The notes beneath the pieces were generated by a model. That model searched no databases. It was not told the DNA's origin and was given only the letters and a program-made list of their open reading frames with translations. A program made the position numbers and the translations under genes. From Candidatus Hadarchaeota archaeon (lineage in GTDB: Archaea; Hadarchaeota; Hadarchaeia; Hadarchaeales; JAGGTB01), in the NCBI GenBank assembly GCA_964384105.1, contig CAYLJV010000007.1, positions 1 through 49,992 of the forward strand: a stretch of DNA of 49,992 nucleotides. Direction: 5' to 3'. Positions 8,854 to 17,274 of the stretch are shown piece by piece (position 1 is the first letter of the stretch; each line of letters opens with the position of its first letter).

Positions 8854-8928
8854 AGTTATTTTTAAGTAAACCAATAAAAGTGTTTGTCTTTGACCCAAAC
8901 ATAACTCCAGATCAGGATGGTCGGTTTC

Positions 8929-9096
8929 TTGTCCGCTGATGACGACAACGTACGGGAGAAAAGGGTTATTCATAGAGCTCGATTCGATTTTTACTCCCGT
9001 AATAATTCTGAAATTACTGAAGAGGGGCAAATAGACAAGGAGAAATTTCGTGAAAGCTTAGATTTACTGAAGGAAGTAAGTTGTTTTCAAAGATGA
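8929..9096 (+). pseudogene. Degraded PIN/DUF3368-like remnant
   Basis: LSADDD... followed by IDKEKFRESLDLLKEV; homologous to 4290-4340. Confidence 0.5.
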
Positions 9097-9198
9097 TTTT
9101 TGGCTTTCTTTTACCGTTAGCTCATGTGAGCACGGTTGAGATGTTTTGAGTATATTAACAATAAGTTATTTAAGTAAAATGAAAACAATTTCATTTAA

Positions 9199-9750
9199 AT
9201 GAAAACAAGTTCAACTAAATCGATCTTATGGGAGAGTTCCACCGTTTTGAAACTCCTAGTTCACTTCATGGAAAACCCCACTCGCGAGTTCTATGGGAAG
9301 AAGGTGGCTGATGAAACTGGTGTGAGTATAGGGGCCACCCACGGGGGTCTTAAAAAACTCTCTGGTGGAGGGATTCTCAAGGAAAGAAAGGAGGGCAGGA
9401 TGACCTTCTACCAACTCGAAAGAGAGAGTGAGGAAGTCAAGCACCTAAAGATAGCGTACAACCTCTCAAAACCCGTTGTAAGCGAGTTGATGAATGTGGG
9501 AGAAAAACTGGAAGTGGAGATTTACCTGTATGGGTCCGTGGCCCGGGGAGAGGATAAAGAGGATAGTGATTGGGATATCCTGATAGTCGGAGATTTAGGC
9601 GGTTCTGAAATAGAGGATGAATTAGGTTCGATAGAGACTGATGAGAACCTGAAACCCACTCTTTACTCGATGAGTGAGTGGAATTCGATTGAAAAGGAGG
9701 ATCCCGCGTTCTTTGAGAGAGTTCAAAGGGATAGGATAAGGCTGATATAG
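9199..9750 (+). CDS. wHTH plus minimal nucleotidyltransferase antitoxin
   Basis: N-terminal wHTH (KEGRMTFYQL) and YLYGSVARGED..SDWDILIV. Confidence 0.88.
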   Translation: MKTSSTKSILWESSTVLKLLVHFMENPTREFYGKKVADETGVSIGATHGGLKKLSGGGILKERKEGRMTFYQLERESEEVKHLKIAYNLSKPVVSELMNVGEKLEVEIYLYGSVARGEDKEDSDWDILIVGDLGGSEIEDELGSIETDENLKPTLYSMSEWNSIEKEDPAFFERVQRDRIRLI

Positions 9751-9909
9751 ATGGATATGATGGGTGCTATCAGGAAGGGACTTATTGAGGAAATAGATAG
9801 AGACGAGAAACTGATAGAAAAAGAACTGGGAGAATCCCGGAAGGACCTTGAGAAGGCCGAAAGAGACCTCGAAGTCGAGGATTATAAGTGGAGCATTGTT
9901 TCGGCGTAG
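9751..9909 (+). pseudogene. Truncated HEPN-domain gene
   Basis: MDMMGAIRKGLIEEI...DLEKAERDLEVEDYKWSIVSA*; breaks where YYSMFH would be expected. Confidence 0.8.
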
Positions 9910-9983
9910 GTTTCTCTTGGAAAGTCCTTCTCCTCTTCTAACCTCTTCTTAGTCTTTTCTGAGACCTGGACCGTTGTTGGCAT
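9905..9983 (-). pseudogene. 5' fragment of the antitoxin at 28353..28550
   Basis: Identical by eye to 28472-28550 (MPTTVQVSEKTKKRLEEEKDFPRETY). Confidence 0.9.
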
Positions 9984-10077
9984 TTTAATACACCATAGAG
10001 GTCTATAGTCCACTAAAATCTTTCTGAGAGCACAATGTCCAGTAAAGGTAAAAAAGAGTAATTTATGATATTACTTT

Positions 10078-10281
10078 CTATTTTTTATTTGCCAATCGTA
10101 TATCAGAATCTCTTACGGTTTTGCGTCCAGCGTGCTCAGAGAGTTCAGTTGCATCTTTCGCAATATCCATAGCGTATTTTTCTAGTATTTCTGCTAGTTC
10201 TCTAGCAGCACTCTCGCTCACTCTGTTTGCTCCAGCCTTTCTTATAACACGGTCAATAGCTGCAATGGGCAATTCAGACAT
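10078..10281 (-). CDS. Archaeal histone (HMf family)
   Basis: MSELPIAAIDRVIRKAGANRVSESA...HAGRKTVRDSDIRLA; GAGGTG RBS upstream. Confidence 0.97.
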   Translation of the reverse strand: MSELPIAAIDRVIRKAGANRVSESAARELAEILEKYAMDIAKDATELSEHAGRKTVRDSDIRLANKK

Positions 10282-10834
10282 TAAATATCACCTCTTTGGA
10301 TATTATGATATATTAAAGATAAATAAATTACTATAGAAGTTTTTCTAAAACATATTTGATAAAAAAATCTTCTGAAAATTGTTTATAATTATAAAATAGT
10401 CCTAATTTGTTTTCTATGAATAATAATGGAGAGGATCAATTAATAATTAGTAAAAAATCTCATATTTTCCTTTTTTCAAAGTCCGGTTATGGACGTAATC
10501 CCTAATCAGGATATTTATATGAAAGGCAAGAAAGGTATGGTCGGCCAGTTCATATTGGAAGTCTTTTTGGTATGAAGTATAATTTTAGATAGTGTTGAGT
10601 AAATATTACTCATATGAGTAAAAAATATTCAAATCCCTCGAGATTCTATACTCTTTTACTGGTAAATTGGAGGAGGAGTTCTAAGGTAGGAGACTCGCCA
10701 GAGAATAGAATATACAAAGTCTTTGGGAAACTCTGATCGAATGGCTAATAATCTGATATTCCGAAGCCTACAGATTTTTTAATTGATTTTATAGCTTCAG
10801 GTGATTTTAAAACAATTTAGAATTCAATTAAATA

Positions 10835-11305
10835 TTGATAAGATGTCAGGGGTTTTTGATGAATGGACATAGAGTTAATGGACTTTCGGGGGTAAAATCA
10901 AAAGGAGACCTAACTGGTGAAGACTATCTTTTTCTTATCGGATTAGGTCTGTTAATTCTATTTCTCGTTTTATCTCATTCTTGGACACCGGAGGTCGTCC
11001 ATTCAGGTCTAATATTCTGGATGTCAGTCACTCTTCTGTTTCTTTCTATGGCACCAGATTATGTGAATCGAGAAGTGGCGAGAGGATGGTTACAAGAATA
11101 CAAAGGCTCTCGAGTCGAGAACTTTTACAGAAAGGTATACAACGTGACTAGGAACAGTGAGAAGTATTTTAACTCGGGGAACTTCTTCGTGGTAGGTATT
11201 ATTCTTACTATTCTGTCAGTTTTCGTGTTATTTTATACAGGTGAAATTCAGGAGGCCTTGTTTGGTGTCTCTTATGGTGCTTTTGTTAGGGCGATCCTAG
11301 CGTGA
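10835..11305 (+). CDS. Hypothetical membrane protein
   Basis: Three to four hydrophobic segments; start uncertain. Confidence 0.6.
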   Translation: MIRCQGFLMNGHRVNGLSGVKSKGDLTGEDYLFLIGLGLLILFLVLSHSWTPEVVHSGLIFWMSVTLLFLSMAPDYVNREVARGWLQEYKGSRVENFYRKVYNVTRNSEKYFNSGNFFVVGIILTILSVFVLFYTGEIQEALFGVSYGAFVRAILA

Positions 11306-11374
11306 TCTGAGGGATCAGACGCAAAAGCCTTTTTATTCTTTGTTTTTCTTTCAATCTTTTGGTGTGCTGTTTTC

Positions 11375-12256
11375 ATGAGAGTTAGTGTCATAGGTGCCGG
11401 TTGGGTCGGAAAGAATATCGGGGTAGGTATGATAGAACTGGGCCATGACGTTTTATTTTACGATATTTCTGGGGATACGGTGAAGGATTTAAAGAACAGG
11501 GGTTATGAAGCCACGATGGACTTGAGAGATGCTCTGGAAAACTCGGAGATTTCATTCTTGTGTGTTCCTACTCCTAATACAAGTGGCGGAATAGATTTGA
11601 GCCATCTTAAATCGGCTGTAGAACAAATTGCGACTACCCTGTCCGATGTGGATAATTATCGTCTCTTGGTGGTCAAGAGCACGGTTGTTCCAGGGACTAC
11701 TGAGAATTTAGTCATTCCTCAATTGGAAGGTGAAGGAATTGAGGTTGGAAGTGATGTGGGGGTATGTATGAATCCGGAGTTTTTGACCGAGATTTCAGAT
11801 ACATGGTCGGATTCCGAGAATTATGATAAGGGTTTCTTCTCAGAGGACAGGATTGTTATAGGCGAATATGATCGAAAGTCCGGCGAGTTCCTAGAAAAAC
11901 TGTATGGTTCTTTGGACACCCCTATTATCAGAACTGATTTAAAAACCGCAGAGATGATAAAATACGCCTGTAACTGCGCCCTTTCTACTAAGATCTCTTA
12001 CTGGAACGAGATTTTTTTGATCTGCGAGAGACTCGGTATCGATTCTGATCTGGTTGCTCAAACGGCGGCTATGGACGATCGGATTGGTAAGTACGGAACG
12101 GTTCATGGGAAGGCTTTTGGAGGGAAGTGTCTGCCAAAGGACCTTAGGGCTTTTATTGATTTTGTCGAAGGAGACACAGGTGAGATTCCAGAACTTTTGA
12201 AGGCGGTAGAGAAGGTCAATAAATACATGAAGAAAGAGTACGGTGTTAGGGAGTAA
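11375..12256 (+). CDS. UDP-glucose/GDP-mannose dehydrogenase family protein (short form)
   Basis: GAGWVG, CVPTP, KSTVVPGTT, NPEFL, FGGKCLPKD. Confidence 0.92.
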   Translation: MRVSVIGAGWVGKNIGVGMIELGHDVLFYDISGDTVKDLKNRGYEATMDLRDALENSEISFLCVPTPNTSGGIDLSHLKSAVEQIATTLSDVDNYRLLVVKSTVVPGTTENLVIPQLEGEGIEVGSDVGVCMNPEFLTEISDTWSDSENYDKGFFSEDRIVIGEYDRKSGEFLEKLYGSLDTPIIRTDLKTAEMIKYACNCALSTKISYWNEIFLICERLGIDSDLVAQTAAMDDRIGKYGTVHGKAFGGKCLPKDLRAFIDFVEGDTGEIPELLKAVEKVNKYMKKEYGVRE

Positions 12257-12270
12257 AATTAGGTGATGAG

Positions 12271-13023
12271 ATGGTAAAAAAAGCTGTTGTACTGGCTGCG
12301 GGTAAGGGTAAGAGGCTCAAGCCTATAACGAATGCGATTCCGAAGGAAATAGTGAGAGTAGGTAAGAAACCTACTATCGAGCACGTTCTCAACGTGTTGA
12401 AATCCGGTGGAATAAAAGATGTGTTGGTCATTGTAGGCAGGAATAAGCAGGCTATAGTAGATTATCTGGGTTCGGGGGAAAGGCTCGGACTCGATATCTA
12501 TTTTAGAGTTCAGGAGGAACCAAGGGGAACTGCTCATGCGGTGTCGCTTGCTAAGGACTTTGTTTGTGATGAAGAGAATTTTGCTCTGATGTATGGTGAT
12601 AACTATATCTCACCTTACGATACTATGAAGAAGATTGTGGCCTTTCACAAGAGCAATGGGGCTAATACGCTTGTGTTACATCCCGTTGAGGATCCTCGAA
12701 GGTTCGGAGTTGTTAAGCTGGACGAGGAAAAGAGAGTTAGAGGAATGATAGAAAAGCCCACTTTGGAGGAGGCAAAACCCTTCAAGCGGAATGGATACTG
12801 GCTTAACATCGCGGGACTGATGATTCTGAAACCTCAAATTTTCAAGTATATCGATGAGGTAGAACCCGTCGATGGAGAGCTCTGGCTAACTGATACCATT
12901 GAAGCCATGAGAAAGGACGGGAACGAGATTTACGGCTACGTTTTCGAGGGAACTCGGTACGATATAGGCACTTTTGAGTCCCTGAGAGAGGCCGATAGGC
13001 AGGCTCAAGAAGACGATTTCTAG
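12271..13023 (+). CDS. Sugar-1-phosphate nucleotidylyltransferase
   Basis: LAAGKGKRLKPIT..IPKE, QEEPRGTAHA, IEKP, DIGT. Confidence 0.93.
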   Translation: MVKKAVVLAAGKGKRLKPITNAIPKEIVRVGKKPTIEHVLNVLKSGGIKDVLVIVGRNKQAIVDYLGSGERLGLDIYFRVQEEPRGTAHAVSLAKDFVCDEENFALMYGDNYISPYDTMKKIVAFHKSNGANTLVLHPVEDPRRFGVVKLDEEKRVRGMIEKPTLEEAKPFKRNGYWLNIAGLMILKPQIFKYIDEVEPVDGELWLTDTIEAMRKDGNEIYGYVFEGTRYDIGTFESLREADRQAQEDDF

Positions 13024-13077
13024 GAGTTTTTCTCTATTTTTAACTGTTTTACACTACTGAGTTTGGGGGGTTTATAG

Positions 13078-13830
13078 ATGAAGAAAGTTTTGATTACAGG
13101 AGCAAATGGGCGTATTGGCACTTTTTTGGCCGAGAGACTTGGAAATGAATATGAGTTATTTCTGCTGGATAGGATGCCTCTGGAAGAGAAGAACAGCTCT
13201 GTCGTGGACCTATCCTCTTTTGATGAGACGATGAAGGTTTTTGAGGAGATTGGCGTATTGGATTGTGTAATCCACCTCGCGGGGGATTCCAGTACAGATG
13301 CTTCCTGGGACTCAGTCCTTTGGAACAATGTCGTGGCGACTTACAATGTATTTGAGATCTCGAGAATACGGAATGTGAAGAAGGTGATTTTCGCCAGTTC
13401 AAACCACGTTACTGGAAGGTATGAAAGTGAGCTGCGTTTCAAGGAGAGGATATATGAGGGTAGAGGAAATCCGAAGATTTCTATCGAGGACGAGCTTAGA
13501 CCGGATAGCCTCTACGGTGTCAGCAAGGTCTTTGGAGAGCAGATAGGTAGGTATTATTCGGAGAAATTTGGAATTAGTTTTATCTGTTTTCGCATAGGGA
13601 CCTTCAATGAAGTTGATAGACCTTTGGAACAGAGGCATCTCGCTACATGGGTCAGTCATAGAGATTTCCTGCAGTTGGTAGAGGGTGCTCTTGCTTCCGA
13701 TGACATCGATTTCGGTGTCTACTACGCAGTATCTGACAACAGCGGGCGTATCTGGGATATATCAAATGCGAAGAGAGAGTTAGGATACAAACCAGAGGAT
13801 AGCGCCGAAGATCTTTGGGAAGAAGATTGA
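13078..13830 (+). CDS. NAD-dependent epimerase/dehydrogenase (uronate dehydrogenase-like SDR)
   Basis: TGANGRIG, FASSNHV, RPDSLYGVSK, TWVSHRD. Confidence 0.85.
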   Translation: MKKVLITGANGRIGTFLAERLGNEYELFLLDRMPLEEKNSSVVDLSSFDETMKVFEEIGVLDCVIHLAGDSSTDASWDSVLWNNVVATYNVFEISRIRNVKKVIFASSNHVTGRYESELRFKERIYEGRGNPKISIEDELRPDSLYGVSKVFGEQIGRYYSEKFGISFICFRIGTFNEVDRPLEQRHLATWVSHRDFLQLVEGALASDDIDFGVYYAVSDNSGRIWDISNAKRELGYKPEDSAEDLWEED

Positions 13831-13831
13831 A

Positions 13832-14791
13832 TCATTTTATTGGGGTGCGTTTGTTTTTTCTGAACCACTCTACGAATCTTTCCACGCCTTCTTCAATTGG
13901 TGTTTTTGGGCCGTAGTCTAAGAGCTCCTTCGCACGTGATATATCAGCGTAGGTTACGGTGACGTCGCCTTTCTGCATAGGTTTTCTATTTATTTTCGCT
14001 GTTTTCCCAGTTTTTTCTTCTATTATTTTTATTAGTTTTTTGAGTTTGACTGTTCTGTTATTTCCTAAGTTAAATGTCTCGAATTTGAAGTCTTTTTTCA
14101 GGGAGCTCATTATTCCCTGAATTATGTCATCTATGTATGTGTAGTCCCGCTTCGATGACCCGTCTCCATACATCGGTATCGGCTTTCCTTGTTCTACCAT
14201 TCTCACGAATTTGTGAATCGCCATCTCGGGCCTCTGTCTTGGTCCATAGACTGTGAAGAATCGAAGTACGGTGGTATTGAGATCATGTAGTTGACTGTAG
14301 GCTTTACAGTAAATCTCTGCAGCCAGCTTCGAGGCCGCGTAGGGGGAAACAGGGTTTTTGGGACCATCCTCTCTGAAGGGGATTTCATTTATATCGCCGT
14401 AGACCGAGGAGGAAGACCCAAAGATGAAGTTTTTGACTTCGTTTCTACGGGACAGCTCTAATAAATTCAGAGTCCCTCTTACGTTTACTTCTTCGTAAAG
14501 CTGTGGGTTTTCGACTGAGGGCCTCACCCCAGCTCTAGCTGCGAGGTGGACTACTTTTTTTATATTTTTATTTTTGAGAACTTTTTTTAGTTCACTTTCA
14601 TTTCTTATGTCCACTTCCATCAGGTCGAAGCTGGTTTTTGAAAGGCACTTTTCCAGATTTTTCCTTTTTATAGATGGGTCGTAGTAAGAATCGAAGTTGT
14701 CTATTCCAATAACTTTATACTCTTCCTCCAGCAGTTTTTCGCTTAGATGACTTCCTATAAAACCTGCAGAGCCCGTTATCAGGATGCTCAT
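13832..14791 (-). CDS. UDP-glucuronate 4-epimerase-like SDR
   Basis: TGSAGFIG, HLAARAGVRPS, SSSSVYG, YAASK, RFFTVYGPRQRPEMA. Confidence 0.9.
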   Translation of the reverse strand: MSILITGSAGFIGSHLSEKLLEEEYKVIGIDNFDSYYDPSIKRKNLEKCLSKTSFDLMEVDIRNESELKKVLKNKNIKKVVHLAARAGVRPSVENPQLYEEVNVRGTLNLLELSRRNEVKNFIFGSSSSVYGDINEIPFREDGPKNPVSPYAASKLAAEIYCKAYSQLHDLNTTVLRFFTVYGPRQRPEMAIHKFVRMVEQGKPIPMYGDGSSKRDYTYIDDIIQGIMSSLKKDFKFETFNLGNNRTVKLKKLIKIIEEKTGKTAKINRKPMQKGDVTVTYADISRAKELLDYGPKTPIEEGVERFVEWFRKNKRTPIK

Positions 14792-15183
14792 GTGATCACG
14801 TTATTCGGTTCTTTTTCGCAGATGAAAATGTTTTGGATGACTGTCAAGTTTTTTGGTTGATTTGAGATCTTATAAAACACCTTTTCATTTTTCGAGATAG
14901 TTATTTTTTGGGCATTATCGATGGACTACTTCGCGGTTTTTAAAGGCTCGTTTTTGTTTCCGTTAGTGGTGGGTCTTCTTTTCTGCTGATTCGAGCTTCT
15001 AAGAGGCTAGAAAATTTATTTGAGCCTTTTCGAAGCTCAATAGACAGGATAGCTGCCGTTGAGTTTTATAAGAGGCCACTATTTATAAATATCATATTTT
15101 ATATTTAAAAACTGGAAGCTATGCTCGTATTTTACTTATATACTATTGATTATAACAAATCATGAAGGAAGGGAGGTGAAAAA

Positions 15184-16893
15184 TTGATAGTTAGCAAAAC
15201 TGATGGCTATCTAAGATCATTTTCCGATGGTTCACTTGCTGATGTTGGTAGGGGTCTATTGATCGTTTCGATTATCTTAGCTTTTCTATTCGTATTTTCT
15301 ACCTCCGGTACGGTTGTTGCCGGTGATACTGTAGGCAATGAGGTGTTTCTGAAGGGTAATTATATCGAGATTGGTATACATGAGTCCGGCTCGTTTGGTA
15401 CTGAGAATGGTGCTCCTTCTGGTTATCACCCGATAGGGAGAAGCCAACTAGGTTTCGTTGCAGATATGGACAAGGATGGTTGGAATACAGGTAGTCCTCC
15501 TCAATCTGGTGATCACTTCTTACCCGGTAGCCCTGAAGAAGGATGGGGTGTGGAGTGGTCTTATGGAGGATCGGAGGACAACAGGACCAAAATGAATTTT
15601 GGTAGAATGGGTCGTTTTGATATCCCAAGGACAAGTCTTACAGACACCAGCTCAGGTGGTACACAGTCAGCGAAGTGGATAGGGACTGCTAAAAATGGAC
15701 CGAATGAAAAGCTCAAAATTGAGAAAGACGTTTACTTCGACGAGGACGATTTGTTCTTCGTCATGGAAACTACCATTACCAATACAGGTAGCAGAACCTT
15801 AGATAACGTTGAATTCTTGAGGAATGTAGATCCTGACGGTGAACAGGATCTCCCCGGCGGTGTCTTTTCAACTAATAACTACGTCGCTTACCAACCAGGA
15901 GTGGGAGGTAACGACGATAAAGCTCTTGTCGTTGCTGAAGGTCCTAACTATCCTTCTGTTGTATTAGGTCTCGGTGCGGTAGACTCCAGAGCCGTTGTCT
16001 CGACCGAGGGATTTTCTAACAGAGATCCTGATGTTATCCTTGATAGTCCAGTAACCTATCCAGAATCGAGTCCTAACTATGCGGATCAAGCTATTGCTCT
16101 AGCTTTTCGCTTTGGAACACTCAAACCTGGGGCTTCGGTCACTTTCAAATACGTGTATGTTCTGTCTGAGGATGATCTTGAGAAAGCCCTTGTTAGCATT
16201 GCCAACGAACCACCTGTAGCCAAAAATGATTCTGCTGTTGTAGACGAAGGCTCTTTTGTCGATATCGATGTGTTGAACAATGACAAAGACTCCGATGGCT
16301 CTCTGAGACGTTCCTCTGTCCAAGTTGTCAGTAAACCATCTCATGGCTCTACGAAAGTAAAGTCTAACGGTGTAATCACCTATACGCCAAACCCAGGTTA
16401 CTACGGTTCCGATAGTTTTGAGTATAAGGTCAAAGATGATGATGGTGCCAGTGATACAGCTACGGTGAACGTGACTGTTCGAGAGGGAGCGAGATTCAGT
16501 GTCGTAGATTTAACTGCGAACCCTTCAAGCCCTATGCCGATTGAAACAGTAACTATTACCGCTCAAGTAGTAAACTTGGGTGGGACGAAAGGGTCATATG
16601 AGGCAGTTCTTATGGACGGTACGAGGACAATTGGGAGTAAACTGGTGGTGCTTGGCCCAGGTGATCAAACCACAGTAAAATACTCTATGAGCAATCTAAT
16701 GCCTGGTCAGAGATACACGGTTAGTATTGGTGGTGTTTCGGAGACTTTTGACGTTAAAGCGGTGGGGGGATTGAGAGCTAGAGAGTACGATGAGGATGAG
16801 GGTACTGACCCGATGGTCTACGTTGCCACAGTATTAGGGATAGCGGTTATTGCTTTCATGGCTGCGTTGATAGTCAGCGAGGCTAAAAAGTGA
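15184..16893 (+). CDS. Membrane-anchored surface protein with cadherin-like/Ig and CARDB-like domains
   Basis: Signal-like hydrophobic stretch, NEPPVAKND...DVLNND...YTPNPGYYGSDSFEY, C-terminal TM. Confidence 0.8.
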   Translation: MIVSKTDGYLRSFSDGSLADVGRGLLIVSIILAFLFVFSTSGTVVAGDTVGNEVFLKGNYIEIGIHESGSFGTENGAPSGYHPIGRSQLGFVADMDKDGWNTGSPPQSGDHFLPGSPEEGWGVEWSYGGSEDNRTKMNFGRMGRFDIPRTSLTDTSSGGTQSAKWIGTAKNGPNEKLKIEKDVYFDEDDLFFVMETTITNTGSRTLDNVEFLRNVDPDGEQDLPGGVFSTNNYVAYQPGVGGNDDKALVVAEGPNYPSVVLGLGAVDSRAVVSTEGFSNRDPDVILDSPVTYPESSPNYADQAIALAFRFGTLKPGASVTFKYVYVLSEDDLEKALVSIANEPPVAKNDSAVVDEGSFVDIDVLNNDKDSDGSLRRSSVQVVSKPSHGSTKVKSNGVITYTPNPGYYGSDSFEYKVKDDDGASDTATVNVTVREGARFSVVDLTANPSSPMPIETVTITAQVVNLGGTKGSYEAVLMDGTRTIGSKLVVLGPGDQTTVKYSMSNLMPGQRYTVSIGGVSETFDVKAVGGLRAREYDEDEGTDPMVYVATVLGIAVIAFMAALIVSEAKK

Positions 16894-17024
16894 TAATCAC
16901 TTTTTTATCTTTTTAATTTTTAATTCTATTTTTAGTATAGAAGTTATTCCCAGATAGGCTATTTTCACAAAATATTTAGTAAAATATATATTTGATTTAT
17001 TTTTCCAACCTGATGTGAGCGCCG

Positions 17025-17135
17025 ATGAGATGTCCAGACTGTGAAAAGAAACTGAAGGAGATAGCTGAGGACTGGCCTGATTCTTGGCGTTTTTGTCCAG
17101 AATGTCTTTATACAGAAAAGAAGATTGGCGAATAA
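17025..17135 (+). CDS. 36-aa CPxC zinc-finger microprotein (absent from ORF track)
   Basis: MRCPDCEKKLKEIAEDWPDSWRFCPECLYTEKKIGE; paralog at 24628. Confidence 0.8.
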   Translation: MRCPDCEKKLKEIAEDWPDSWRFCPECLYTEKKIGE

Positions 17136-17274
17136 TCCGAGATAACCAGTACTATTCTGAATGATAGCTGAGAGTTCGGGAAAAGAGCAAGCCGGGAGAC
17201 AATAAACAGGACACTTTTTTAGAGAGTTAATAACGAAATTACCAAATCTTTAGTTTTTTACTGACTAGTCGGAA

